Shown here one piece after another: positions 28,102-38,153 of a stretch of DNA of 64,000 bases. A model generated the notes under the pieces. That model searched no databases. It saw only the letters and a list, made by a program, of their open reading frames with translations, and had not been told where the DNA came from. The DNA lies in contig CAVYGN010000002.1 in assembly GCA_963768055.1 (NCBI GenBank), positions 224,001 through 288,000 of the forward strand. The letters are read 5' to 3'. Numbering within the stretch: position 1 is the first letter of the stretch; each line of letters begins with the position of its first letter. The position numbers and the translations under genes were made by a program. This DNA comes from an uncultured Spirochaetota bacterium. GTDB lineage: Bacteria; Spirochaetota; Brevinematia; Brevinematales; JAOACQ01.

Positions 28102-28728
28102 ATGGAAAAAAACCACAATGTCCCTGATGCCAAAAACAGGATACTTCAAGCCGCGTTAAAAATATTTGCGGAAAAAAGCTTCGACGGCGCCAGGATTGAC
28201 GAAATTTCGGAGGAAGCGGGAGTCCCGAAATCTCTTATTTATTATCACTTTAAACATAAAGAAGACATACTGGATACCCTTCTTAAAAATTTTATAGACG
28301 ATTCCAGGGAATTTATAAAAAACGCCGAGCAGGGAACTAAAGATTCCATCGGCAGGGAAATAATGCGGCATCCGGACATTTATAAAAATTTTGTAATAAA
28401 AAACATCGATTTAATACGCATCATCCTTCTGGATTCGCTGAAAAAAAATTCAACGAAACCATTTATCTTTCAATTTGTTGAAATGATGATCAATGCAGAA
28501 GAAGAATTTATCAATTCCCGGAATCCCTCTCAAAAAGGAGAATATAATAAAGATGAAAGGCTTATAGCCGAATTTTTTACCGATATCATCCCCATTTTCA
28601 CATTCCTGTGCTTTTATGATTCCTGGTCAAGTTACTTTAAAATTAATGGGGAAGATCTTGAAAAACTTTTTGCCGGCGTTATTGATGAAACCCATGGCTC
28701 TTACCATAAAAGTCATAATGGAATTTAA
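28102..28728 (+). CDS. TetR/AcrR family regulator
   Basis: ILQAALKIFAEKSFDGARIDEISEEAGV.KSLIYYHFKHKE. Confidence 0.93.
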   Translation: MEKNHNVPDAKNRILQAALKIFAEKSFDGARIDEISEEAGVPKSLIYYHFKHKEDILDTLLKNFIDDSREFIKNAEQGTKDSIGREIMRHPDIYKNFVIKNIDLIRIILLDSLKKNSTKPFIFQFVEMMINAEEEFINSRNPSQKGEYNKDERLIAEFFTDIIPIFTFLCFYDSWSSYFKINGEDLEKLFAGVIDETHGSYHKSHNGI

Positions 28729-28771
28729 CAATAATAAATAATTTTTCAAAAATTAGATAAGGAGCTTTATA

Positions 28772-29395
28772 ATGAAGATCCTGGCGGTTGTAGCAAGCGG
28801 AAGAAAAGGAGGGACTGTCGACAGCATATGCGACAGCATAATTAAAGGTGCTTCGGACTCAAAACATGAAGTAAAAAAAATAAATCTATTCGATTATGAA
28901 ATAAACCCCTGCACGGGCTGCTGCTCCTGCACAAAAACACGTAAATGCGTAATTGACGATGATTTCGGGGAATTATTCGAAATGGAGAAAGACTCCGATT
29001 GCCTGATCTACGGCTTTCCGATCTATTGGCACAGCATACCCGGAATCCTGAAAATTTTTATTGAAAGGCATATGCTTGCAAAGATGCCATTTTATGACAA
29101 CAAGCTGAAAAGGACATTCCGGCAAAAAGCCGTTTCCGCCATGGAATGGTTTAATCAGTTTAAAGAAATCCACCCTTTTGTCAATAAGGGGTTTATTACG
29201 GTATTAGCCTGCAACGATCCTTTCGGAGGTAAGGATGTAACAGGAGTTAAATATATTTTAAAAAACTTTTTTAAGGATATGGGGCTTATGGATTTTAAAA
29301 CGGTCCTGTGTACCGATAATTTATTCAAATTCAGGGAAAATCATTTTGATAAAATCATCTCCAAAAGTTATAATATCGGTAGAAATATCAAATAA
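28772..29395 (+). CDS. iron-sulfur flavoprotein / NADPH-dependent FMN reductase family
   Basis: S.RKGG, CTGCCSC.....C, PIYW..IPG.LK.FIER. Confidence 0.85.
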   Translation: MKILAVVASGRKGGTVDSICDSIIKGASDSKHEVKKINLFDYEINPCTGCCSCTKTRKCVIDDDFGELFEMEKDSDCLIYGFPIYWHSIPGILKIFIERHMLAKMPFYDNKLKRTFRQKAVSAMEWFNQFKEIHPFVNKGFITVLACNDPFGGKDVTGVKYILKNFFKDMGLMDFKTVLCTDNLFKFRENHFDKIISKSYNIGRNIK

Positions 29396-29490
29396 TACGC
29401 TTACCCATTTATTACAAGCCTTTGGAAGTATCTTTGATATCATCTTATAATTATGAACCGTAAAGTAAACCCAGAGAAGGCGAACGAAAA

Positions 29491-30072
29491 ATGAAGAAAG
29501 TCTTATTACTCTTAGCCAAAGGCTTTGAAATTTACGAAGCAAGCGTTTTTATCGATGTTATAGGCTGGAATTTAATCGATGGAGACGGCAGTACTGAATT
29601 ATTCACCTGCGGAATAAATAAGGAATTGAAAAGCGCCATGAACTTCCTGGTTAAAACGGATTATTCAATCGATGAAATTAATGCCGATGACTTCGATGCG
29701 TTGGCCATCCCCGGCGGGTTCGAAGTATCCGGCTTTTACGAAGACGCTTATAATGAACAGTTTTTAAATGTAATCCGCCGATTCGATAAATCCGATAAGA
29801 AAATAGCGTCTGTTTGCACGGGAGCTTTGCCGGTCGGGAAAAGCGGCGTGCTGCGAGGCAGAAATGCAACCACCTACAATTTCAAGAATGGAATAAGGCG
29901 GAAAGAATTGGCATCTTACGGCGCCAATATAATAGATCAGCCAATTGTGATCGACAAAAATATCATTACGTCCTGGAACCCGTCGACTGCGATGGGAGTC
30001 GCTTTTAAATTACTCGAGTTATTGACATCAGCGGAACAATGTAATTATATTAAAAAAATAATGGGGTTTTAA
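29491..30072 (+). CDS. DJ-1/PfpI family protein
   Basis: GFEIYE, DALAIPGG, ASVCTG, NIITS..P. Confidence 0.9.
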   Translation: MKKVLLLLAKGFEIYEASVFIDVIGWNLIDGDGSTELFTCGINKELKSAMNFLVKTDYSIDEINADDFDALAIPGGFEVSGFYEDAYNEQFLNVIRRFDKSDKKIASVCTGALPVGKSGVLRGRNATTYNFKNGIRRKELASYGANIIDQPIVIDKNIITSWNPSTAMGVAFKLLELLTSAEQCNYIKKIMGF

Positions 30073-30074
30073 AT

Positions 30075-30179
30075 ATGGAAAATAAAGTGATCCTGGTAGC
30101 AGGCTGTTCATCCTGCATCGGTATGGATATCGCCGATCGTATATTACGCCATGTTTACAAAATAAAATTTGAAGGGTAA
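30075..30179 (+). pseudogene. N-terminal remnant of a short-chain dehydrogenase
   Basis: MENKVILVAGCSSCIGMDIA resembles the SDR start KVILITG.SSGIG; stops after 34 aa. Confidence 0.55.
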
Positions 30180-30180
30180 G

Positions 30181-31002
30181 TCAAATGGCCGCCCAGGAAA
30201 CTATATAAATAAGATCATCCGCCTTGGTCCCGGGCCGTTCAATCACCCACTTTCCTTTTAAATCCAATTCCCTCGATACAAATTCAAAATGGCACATTGC
30301 TATACCGATATCGATATTTTGAAGTTTTATATCTTTAAACCTGTTATTGTAATTATAGTCTTCGTCAAGATAAAAATGGAATGATTTCCCCCCGTTTTCT
30401 TTTATCACCCTCCATGGCTGCTTGTTGGAGGCAGATGGAGCAAGCCTGACTGCCTCAAAAGAAGCCTCGTAAGGGTTACCTTTAATATCCATGAAGAATA
30501 ACTTATTAAAGTCTTTGCGGTTGTCGGCGCCGACCCTCTTACGTACATATTCATCTTCCCGCGACCTTTTTTCCGCGGCATAACCCAGGGGGGTAACAGC
30601 CGGGATAACTTCGCCCTTTTTAATGCCGATCTTTTGGCCGAAAACGCTTCTATCAAGAGATCCTCCGAGCCAGCAGGTTCCGATGCCCATTTCTGCCGCT
30701 TTCAATATCGCGGCTTCCATGCAATATCCGAAATCCTCCATCGCTTTTTCACTCAAAAATACGGCACCTGCAAGGTAAAGTTTGGCGCCTTTTATCATCC
30801 CGTAAGTGCCCAGTCTTTTTATTTCCTCCAGGTCGTAATCCGAAGCTTCAACCAGCTGGAAACGAACATTATTCCCGAAAGGGCCCGTATGGTGTTTTTC
30901 AAGATAGTCCATAAGCTCTTTTTTCTTGATTTCTTCAAGATTTTTGCCGGAATATGACCTGACGGATATTCTCTTTTTAATGATATCGATCATCGATTCC
31001 AT
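30181..31002 (-). CDS. nitroreductase family protein
   Basis: RISVRSY, GIGTCWLGG, RLAPSASNKQPWR, DIGIAMCHF; ATG 31002 after GGAGG. Confidence 0.9.
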   Translation of the reverse strand: MESMIDIIKKRISVRSYSGKNLEEIKKKELMDYLEKHHTGPFGNNVRFQLVEASDYDLEEIKRLGTYGMIKGAKLYLAGAVFLSEKAMEDFGYCMEAAILKAAEMGIGTCWLGGSLDRSVFGQKIGIKKGEVIPAVTPLGYAAEKRSREDEYVRKRVGADNRKDFNKLFFMDIKGNPYEASFEAVRLAPSASNKQPWRVIKENGGKSFHFYLDEDYNYNNRFKDIKLQNIDIGIAMCHFEFVSRELDLKGKWVIERPGTKADDLIYIVSWAAI

Positions 31003-31076
31003 AAATCCTCCTATTTTAATTGTAGCATATACGTTTGTTTTTTTCACAAATATTGTTTATGATATTAATCAGGGGC

Positions 31077-31937
31077 ATGAATATAAACAATCGTAATTTT
31101 AATACAATCAGTCCATCGGCTAAATCGCTGCTATTGATGAAAGGGTATACGAATATTCCTTTTGCCAGACAGGCTGCGGAATTGATGCATCCCGGAAAGT
31201 TCAATCCGGATTTTAGCGGCAAGGATATAAACTTCTGGGCAAGGGTAGTGCATTTTGAAAAAAGGTACTGGAGTATCGACCAATTATTGTCGGATTTGCC
31301 GGTAAAAAATATCCTGGAATTATCTTCGGGATTCTCCTTTCGCGGCCTGGAAATTGCAAAAGAGGAAGGATTTTATTACATAGATACCGATCTGCCGGAT
31401 GTGATCGCGGCAAAAAAAGATTTTATAGAAGCTTTGAAAATTGACGGCTTTAAAATGAAAGGGATACTGGAATTGCTGCCGCTGAACGCCCTGGACGATA
31501 AACAATTTCATAGAGTAGCAGGCCGTTTTCCGGATGGGAAAATTGTAATTGTGAACGAAGGATTGTTGATGTATTTTGATAAAAATGAGAAAGAAAAACT
31601 TTGCGGCATTATTTATAATTTATTAAAGGAGAGGGGCGGTTATTGGATAACGTCGGATATATATATCAAGAATAAACAGGAGAAGTCCGGCCTTAAAATC
31701 GAGGATAAAACCAGGGAGTTTTACGAACAGCATAATATTGAAGAAAAAAAATTTGAAAGCTTCGAAGAGGCTCGAGCGTTTTTTAACATGATGGGCTTTA
31801 AAATCGATAAAGAAGCGAATGTCAGGCGAACAAAATTGAGTTCGATGAAACATTTCCTGAATAACGCATCGGCAGAGCAGTTACTTAAGATACGCAGTTC
31901 AGTGAAAATACAGGCAACCTGGCGTTTGCGGATTTAA
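31077..31937 (+). CDS. putative class I SAM-dependent methyltransferase (LCM-like)
   Basis: ILELSSGFSFRG, YIDTDLPDV, VNEGLLMY, GGYWITSD. Confidence 0.7.
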   Translation: MNINNRNFNTISPSAKSLLLMKGYTNIPFARQAAELMHPGKFNPDFSGKDINFWARVVHFEKRYWSIDQLLSDLPVKNILELSSGFSFRGLEIAKEEGFYYIDTDLPDVIAAKKDFIEALKIDGFKMKGILELLPLNALDDKQFHRVAGRFPDGKIVIVNEGLLMYFDKNEKEKLCGIIYNLLKERGGYWITSDIYIKNKQEKSGLKIEDKTREFYEQHNIEEKKFESFEEARAFFNMMGFKIDKEANVRRTKLSSMKHFLNNASAEQLLKIRSSVKIQATWRLRI

Positions 31938-34238
31938 TCAGAACCCGGGGCCGTTCTTCTTTTCCATTTTATTTTTATATAATTCTCCATCGGCGAGGGT
32001 CAGCAACTCGCTGAATGAGAGCGGAACCTGATGATTAAATTCGGCTGTGCCGATGCTGATCTCGATTTTATAGGGCCTTCCGCTTTCCCGATTGAATTTT
32101 TCCAGATTTTTATAAAGCTTGGTTTTGATAATATCCTCGTTTACAATAGAGCTATCGATTACTATCATTGTAAATTCATCACCGCCCATGCGGGCGATTA
32201 TATCCGATTTTCTAAAAGAATCATGAAGGATTTGTGAAATTGATATTATCGCATTGTCCCCTTCCTTGTGCCCGTAATTATCGTTTATTGATTTTAAATT
32301 ATCCATATCCGCGAAAAATAAAATAAAGTTATTTTTATTCCTTATAGATAATCTGATCTGCTGTTCCCCGAGCTGCTTGAATCCCCTTCTATTGTACAAG
32401 CCGGTTAATTCATCAGTGAGAGAGAGATTATACAGGTTGTTGTTGATATGTTTAAGTTCTTCAAGGGTATCGCTTAATTTTTTCTCGGCGTTTTTCTGGT
32501 CTTTGAATATCAGAGCGCCTTTTATGGAACTCGAAATCTGGCCGCTCAATGTGGAATAGACCAGACCTTTTGTCGTATCGGTATCGAAGATTATAAACCC
32601 GAATATTTCATCGCAGAAAAAGAGCGGCTCTATTACGAACCCGTATCTTTTTTCTTTTACGCGAAGTATTTCCGGCAATAATTCTGTGGAAAGGAACAAC
32701 CTGTCGCTGTCGTCGATCTTTTCCATTTTATTGTTATAGGCAAAAATCAATCTGGCCCATTCAGGCTCTCTGTCATAGTCCGGAAAATAATTCTGCTGCC
32801 TGTCGAAGAAGGATATATAGCATGATTTTATTCCGAGGGCCGGAAGTTGTCTTTCGATCGTGGCCATCAGTTTGTCGATATCGAACATAGTGATCAATGT
32901 CTGGCTTATATTATATAAAATTGTTGCCTGTTTTTCCCCGAGGATACGTTTAAACAATGTCCTTCGCTTTACTGTTTCACCGATCAGGATCGTGGCTGAA
33001 TACCAGATTTCCGAAATCCTGTTAAGAGTTTCATAATCAGCGGTAAAAAACTGGATCTGATGTTTTAGCGAGGCTAATATCCCATGCCAGACAGAGACAT
33101 CCATATAGCCGTTAGAGGTTTCGCTCAATACATCATTTAGTGTTTTCAGGAAAACTTTTTCCCCGCTTTCAGAATTAAAAAGCTGTTCTGTAAAGGCGGC
33201 GAGGAGTCTTCCGATATAGTTTTTGATTTCCCTGTTATTAAGATCCGCTGCATTAACAGACCGGAGGGCCTCTTTTATTATGTTCTCTTTATTCTTCTTT
33301 AACGCTATCCCGATTTCTTCGCTGTTCAGGAAAATTGACTCCTCCTTGATTTTTGTTTGAACGAAATCAGAACAGCCGCATGAGTACCTGACTACAATAT
33401 CAGTTTCAGGGGTAATAACCATAGGTACGTCGTTTCCGGCTATTTTCGCCAATACAATTTCTACCGCGATTTCGCCCAATTTAACGGTCGGCTGTTTAAA
33501 TGTGGTAAGGGGAGGATCGAAGGCTTCAGCTTCTTCAAGATCGTCAAATCCGGTAACGGCCACGCTTCCTGGCACCTGGATCTTTTGCCTTTTCAATTCC
33601 GCAATCACCCCGAAAGCCATGCTGTCGTTCGCGCATATTATAGCTTCAGGTCTCTTTTTGTTTTTATCGAATATTGTCCTGACTGCTTCGATTCCTGAAG
33701 GCTGTAAATAATCTCCGACGGCTACAAGGCCCCGGTCGAAAGAAATTTTATTTTCTTCCAGGGCGTTTTTATAGGCGTTCAGCCTGTCTTCAGCCTCAGG
33801 GATGCCTTCCGGGCCGCTGACAAATGCGATATTCTTAAATCCATGCGTTTTTATGAGGTGTTCGGTCAGTTTCTTAATACCGTTGTAATTCTCCACCAGG
33901 ATACTCGGGATATTTTTGAGCGGCCATCCGATGCTTACAGTGGGTATCGGATCGAATTTTTTATGAAATTCCAGGACCTTATCGTTATTTGTGTAGGTTC
34001 CTATCGATCCTGTAATTATTAACCCGTCGAAGTCTTTTTTGCTGATCAGGTTATAGATATAATTACGCCGGCTTTCAAATTCGTTGTTAGGATTACGCTC
34101 AAGTGTTCCCCCCACGAAACAAACCAAGTTCGCGCCATGTTTTTCCGAGCCTTTGACAACACCTTCCCAGATGGCGGTCTGGTAATTGCCAAGGCTGACC
34201 AGACTGTCAACAAGAAAACCAAGAGTAGGAATTTTCAT
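31938..34238 (-). CDS. diguanylate cyclase with LacI-type sugar-binding sensor domain
   Basis: N-terminal periplasmic-binding fold (HLI..HG...IAF..GP, AIICAND.MA.G, VAVTGFDD, LTT..QP); C-terminal DELTGLYNRR, K.IND.YGH..GD, R.GGDEF. Confidence 0.92.
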   Translation of the reverse strand: MKIPTLGFLVDSLVSLGNYQTAIWEGVVKGSEKHGANLVCFVGGTLERNPNNEFESRRNYIYNLISKKDFDGLIITGSIGTYTNNDKVLEFHKKFDPIPTVSIGWPLKNIPSILVENYNGIKKLTEHLIKTHGFKNIAFVSGPEGIPEAEDRLNAYKNALEENKISFDRGLVAVGDYLQPSGIEAVRTIFDKNKKRPEAIICANDSMAFGVIAELKRQKIQVPGSVAVTGFDDLEEAEAFDPPLTTFKQPTVKLGEIAVEIVLAKIAGNDVPMVITPETDIVVRYSCGCSDFVQTKIKEESIFLNSEEIGIALKKNKENIIKEALRSVNAADLNNREIKNYIGRLLAAFTEQLFNSESGEKVFLKTLNDVLSETSNGYMDVSVWHGILASLKHQIQFFTADYETLNRISEIWYSATILIGETVKRRTLFKRILGEKQATILYNISQTLITMFDIDKLMATIERQLPALGIKSCYISFFDRQQNYFPDYDREPEWARLIFAYNNKMEKIDDSDRLFLSTELLPEILRVKEKRYGFVIEPLFFCDEIFGFIIFDTDTTKGLVYSTLSGQISSSIKGALIFKDQKNAEKKLSDTLEELKHINNNLYNLSLTDELTGLYNRRGFKQLGEQQIRLSIRNKNNFILFFADMDNLKSINDNYGHKEGDNAIISISQILHDSFRKSDIIARMGGDEFTMIVIDSSIVNEDIIKTKLYKNLEKFNRESGRPYKIEISIGTAEFNHQVPLSFSELLTLADGELYKNKMEKKNGPGF

Positions 34239-34361
34239 AATGCCTTATTATAAGCAAACGCTTGAATTTTTACAATAGGGCTGGAATAAATATGAAATCT
34301 GTATTAAAATCTATAGGATAGCGGTACATCACAGCTGGAGAGTCGGTCACAGGAGCTTATA

Positions 34362-34805
34362 GTGGAAATAATAAGAGACGCTATAGAAAACGATCTGCCG
34401 GGAATCGTTGAACTATATAAGCAATTAAACCCCGGGGACGATTATGAGGATAAAGAAAAATTAAACTTATGCTGGAAAGACATCATAAGTAATCCCGGAT
34501 ACATCCGCTTTTTTGTAGTAGAGATTGACAGGGTTATTGTCTCAGCTTGCAATATCGCTATAATTCCAAATTTAACCAGGGGGATCCGCCCCTTTTCAGT
34601 AATCGAGAATGTAATTACGCATTCAGGCTACAGAAACAGGGGTTACGGGAAAAAGGTTATTAATAAAGCGATTGATTTCGCAAAGCAAAATAACTGCTAT
34701 AAGGTAATGCTGCTCTCCAATGAAAAAAGAAAAGAAGCGCATAGATTCTATGAAAATCTGGGTTTTAATTCGAAGGATAAAATCGGATTTTTTATATATC
34801 TATAG
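34362..34805 (+). CDS. GNAT family N-acetyltransferase
   Basis: IPNLTRG.RP..VIENV.T...YRNRGYGK, CYKVML, AHRFYE.LGF. Confidence 0.9.
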   Translation: MEIIRDAIENDLPGIVELYKQLNPGDDYEDKEKLNLCWKDIISNPGYIRFFVVEIDRVIVSACNIAIIPNLTRGIRPFSVIENVITHSGYRNRGYGKKVINKAIDFAKQNNCYKVMLLSNEKRKEAHRFYENLGFNSKDKIGFFIYL

Positions 34806-35034
34806 GGCTCTTTTTTCCAGAATGGCCCGGTATTGGAGATGTATTTATGCCGGCGATCCTTTTAACATTTTACATCAGACCTGCATTTTTGTGTTTAGAA
34901 AAGTTTCAAAATTATAAAGAAAGTGTGAGCTTTAATCATCATACCGATAAGCAATCGTTATCGTTTTTTGTGTCTTTCCATTTACAACTGTATAATAATC
35001 CATAAAATAATTGAAATATTTTGGAAAATTTAAT

Positions 35035-35191
35035 ATGGAATACAACTTTGAATGGGATCCGAAAAAAGCAAAATGAAGAAAAGAATTTATCCTTTGTGGA
35101 AGAAATAGCTGAAAAAAAAACGGACATAGGAACCGTAGTAAATGAATTAATAAAACAAGACATGGAAATTGCTGAATATGTAGAAAAATAA
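35035..35191 (+). pseudogene. collapsed BrnT-like toxin / antitoxin remnant
   Basis: MEYNFEWDPKKAK* (BrnT-type start FEWD..KA) joined to fragments NLSFVEEIAEKK and TDIGTVVNELIKQDMEIAEYVEK*, which resemble an antitoxin C-terminus. Confidence 0.55.
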
Positions 35192-35246
35192 ATGCAATTC
35201 ACCTTTATAATATAAAATACATTCAATAAAAATAAAGGAGATACTT

Positions 35247-35432
35247 ATGCCGGTGATCACAGTTGAAATGACTCATCAAACAAAGGAAAAGAAAAAAGAG
35301 ATAATCGAGAAACTGACAAAAACAATGGTCGAAATAACCGATATTCCCGCCCAGGCGTTTACGGTGTTTATAAATGAATACGACAGGGAAAGTATAGGAG
35401 TCGGCGGAGTGCCCTTATCCGAGCGCAAGTAA
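35247..35432 (+). CDS. 4-oxalocrotonate tautomerase family protein
   Basis: Pro-1 after Met, 61 aa, ending IGVGG; AAGGAG RBS. Confidence 0.9.
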   Translation: MPVITVEMTHQTKEKKKEIIEKLTKTMVEITDIPAQAFTVFINEYDRESIGVGGVPLSERK

Positions 35433-35591
35433 GGCCAGGACCAGGGTAATAAGAATTGTTCGATATTTGCAGAAAAATAGGGAAACTCTCGCCTTTTTTG
35501 AGTCATCTGGGAAATCTCAGATATACTCCCTCATGTTTTTGACAAAACATAACTTTACGATTAATATATTTGGTATTTTATGGAGGGACTG

Positions 35592-36920
35592 ATGATTAGA
35601 GTTTTGTCTTATTTCCTGGCGATCTCTTTTCTTTTCCCCGGAATTATGCTGCCGCAGAAACTCGAGATGAAATCGGCTACGGTCGCAGGGTTTATAAACA
35701 GGGGCAAATCAAGCAAAGATAATATAAACCTTCTGATGGGCCGGTCGCTGACCACTTTCCTGATGAAAATATCGAAGAGCATCACGCCGTTCAGGGATGT
35801 GCAAGATTCTGCGGGAGCAAGCGGCTTCTGGGGGCAAAAGGAACTGAACAGTTCGCAGGCGATCAATATAGCGCAGCAGTTCTCAACGGAACAGGTAATA
35901 ACGGGCGATTACCTGGTAAACGATCAAAAAGATACGATAACGATCAATGTTTATGTATATAACGTAGTAAACGGAGAATTGCTATTCAAGCGGAATTACA
36001 AGGGGGACGCCGGTCCTGAAATATTCGAAACCATCGATAAAATGATACTCGACATATCGGGCCTGCTTGTCGGGAAGACCATTTCGATCGGGTACTTTAA
36101 ACTCGATGTTAAGCCGGATAAAACGAAGTACAGGCTGTTCATCAACGATTCGTTCGTGAAACTTGTCGGCAGCGGGGACGGATACTTCGACAAGTTTATA
36201 TCCGGGCAATCTATAGATATAAGCCTGAAACCGGAGAAGTCGGACGATGAGGCGCTGAGAAAGATAATAGAGATCAAAAGCGGGAAAACGAACGAGTTAG
36301 TCTACAACCCTTCAGGCGTTTTAATAGTCGAAGCAATGGAAAGCGGCATCGACGTTTATCTTAACGGAGCAAAGATCGGGAAAACTGATAGCTCGGGGGA
36401 ATTTATCATCCAGGGTATTGAAGCAGGTAAAGATAACGGGATAACCTTAAAAAACGGCAATTCCTTTTTATCCGGGACGAATATAAATATTAGGGAAGGC
36501 TCTACGAAAGTTGTTGTTTTTAAAACATCTCCTGTTCCGGTTGTCGATTATAAACAATCCGAAGAAATAGAGATTCAGGGTGATAACCCGAATGGCACAA
36601 AATATATTGCAGGAACATCCGGCTTTTACAGGTTTAGCATAGTCAGGGGCTGGTATAGAAGAAATTTAAATGGTATTCTTCCCCCATCAACAGCAATTGC
36701 CGTTTATACGAACCGGAATATTATTTGGTCAGGCGAGAGTTGGGGACAGCCGAAAAACTTTGATTATTATTTGGGAAGTAAAAAAGCGGGAACAAATGGG
36801 AATCAGTCCTTTACGGTTAATTTGAAAAAAGACGATTATGTGATTTTTATTGCGCAAAATGGTTATGGAGATTTCAATAGATTTGAAGGTAAAATTTATT
36901 TATCTGTTACCCATGAATAA
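35592..36920 (+). CDS. exported protein with FlgO/TolB-N-like N-terminal domain and PEGA-like beta domains
   Basis: Signal peptide; A...A......VITG.Y......I.I...VY.V..G; VYLNG..IGKT; ATG 35592 after GGAGGG. Confidence 0.65.
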   Translation: MIRVLSYFLAISFLFPGIMLPQKLEMKSATVAGFINRGKSSKDNINLLMGRSLTTFLMKISKSITPFRDVQDSAGASGFWGQKELNSSQAINIAQQFSTEQVITGDYLVNDQKDTITINVYVYNVVNGELLFKRNYKGDAGPEIFETIDKMILDISGLLVGKTISIGYFKLDVKPDKTKYRLFINDSFVKLVGSGDGYFDKFISGQSIDISLKPEKSDDEALRKIIEIKSGKTNELVYNPSGVLIVEAMESGIDVYLNGAKIGKTDSSGEFIIQGIEAGKDNGITLKNGNSFLSGTNINIREGSTKVVVFKTSPVPVVDYKQSEEIEIQGDNPNGTKYIAGTSGFYRFSIVRGWYRRNLNGILPPSTAIAVYTNRNIIWSGESWGQPKNFDYYLGSKKAGTNGNQSFTVNLKKDDYVIFIAQNGYGDFNRFEGKIYLSVTHE

Positions 36921-37016
36921 TAAGCGGCTATTGAAGGCCGACTCATTATAGCGGTTCAGACAGGCGCCCGTTTCAATGCAATTCACATACATTGATAAAT
37001 ACGCCAATCCCCTCCC

Positions 37017-37090
37017 CTTTGCGTTCTTTGCACCCTGGCGGTGATCCCCAGGAGGATTTCTCGTCGCCCTGCCGGGCTCCTCGAAACGAC
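37017..37090. repeat. short REP-like palindromic repeat fragments
   Basis: CTTTGCGTTCTTTGCACCCTGGCGGT and GATTTCTCGTCGCC...GCTCCTCGAAACGAC resemble widespread intergenic repeat motifs; single copy in this window. Confidence 0.4.
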
Positions 37091-37170
37091 ATCTGTGTCT
37101 CCCTGTAAAATTCGTTTACTTGCTTTCTATCCGTTTATTCAATAAAATTTATTAATAAAAGGAGCGTCCT

Positions 37171-38142
37171 ATGAAATACTTTTTAAAATTCATCTCATTT
37201 ATCGTTATCCTGGCGGCAATTTTATCCTTTAACACCCCGGTTAAAGCGGATGACATTCAAAAAGTGATGTTCTGGGGGATCTTTAACGACCAAGTCAAAT
37301 TCAAACTTGACGATATGGATAAAATGTACGGCAAAAAGCCGGCGATAATCATGTGGTATATAAACTGGCGAGACGATTTTCCGGGCATTTACTGCACTTT
37401 ATTGAACCGGAAGGGCTATATGCCCCACATTGTCTGGGAGGCCTGGTACGGAGGCAATATGAATTCCATCAAACTGGCCGACATCCTCGGCGGCAGATGG
37501 GACGCCTATATTCAGAATTGGGGAAAAGCGGCAGGGGAATTCGCCAAGCCTCTCATGGTCCGCTGGGGCCATGAAATGAACGGCAACTGGTACCCATGGA
37601 GCGGCCCGCTGAACGGCAACTCCCCCGAGACTTATTTAAAAGCGTACCGCTATGTCCATGATATGGTCGTGAAGGCCGGCGGAACCAATGTTATATGGCT
37701 CTGGTCTCCTAACTGCGGCAGCGTTCCGGCCGACCCGCAAAACCAGGCGAAAAATTATTACCCGGGGAGCGGCTACGTCGACTGGATAGCGGTGGACGGG
37801 TATAATTGGGGAAAATCCCAGGTATGGTCGAGCTGGGAAAGTTTCGACGCCGTTTTCTCGAAGTCGCTTGGCGAGTTCAATTCTTTCGCTCCGGACAAGC
37901 CTGTAATGATCGGGGAAATGGGCTGCAGTTCCACAGGCGGAAATAAAGCGGAATGGATAAAGGGGTTTTTTGCTTCCGTTAAAGAGAGGTATCCTTCCGT
38001 TAGGGCATGGATCTGGTTCGATATAAATAAAGAGACCGACTGGCGCTTCGAATCGGATGATGAAAGCCTGGAGGCTTTCAAGGCAGGGATTGCAGACCCG
38101 ATATATTCTACAGATTTAAATGCTCTCGCTGTCGTACATTAA
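37171..38142 (+). CDS. exported glycoside hydrolase family 26
   Basis: Signal peptide; RWGHEMNGNWYPW, YYPG..YVDWIAVDGYNWG, KPVMIGE. Confidence 0.9.
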   Translation: MKYFLKFISFIVILAAILSFNTPVKADDIQKVMFWGIFNDQVKFKLDDMDKMYGKKPAIIMWYINWRDDFPGIYCTLLNRKGYMPHIVWEAWYGGNMNSIKLADILGGRWDAYIQNWGKAAGEFAKPLMVRWGHEMNGNWYPWSGPLNGNSPETYLKAYRYVHDMVVKAGGTNVIWLWSPNCGSVPADPQNQAKNYYPGSGYVDWIAVDGYNWGKSQVWSSWESFDAVFSKSLGEFNSFAPDKPVMIGEMGCSSTGGNKAEWIKGFFASVKERYPSVRAWIWFDINKETDWRFESDDESLEAFKAGIADPIYSTDLNALAVVH

Positions 38143-38153
38143 TTGGAGGCCCG

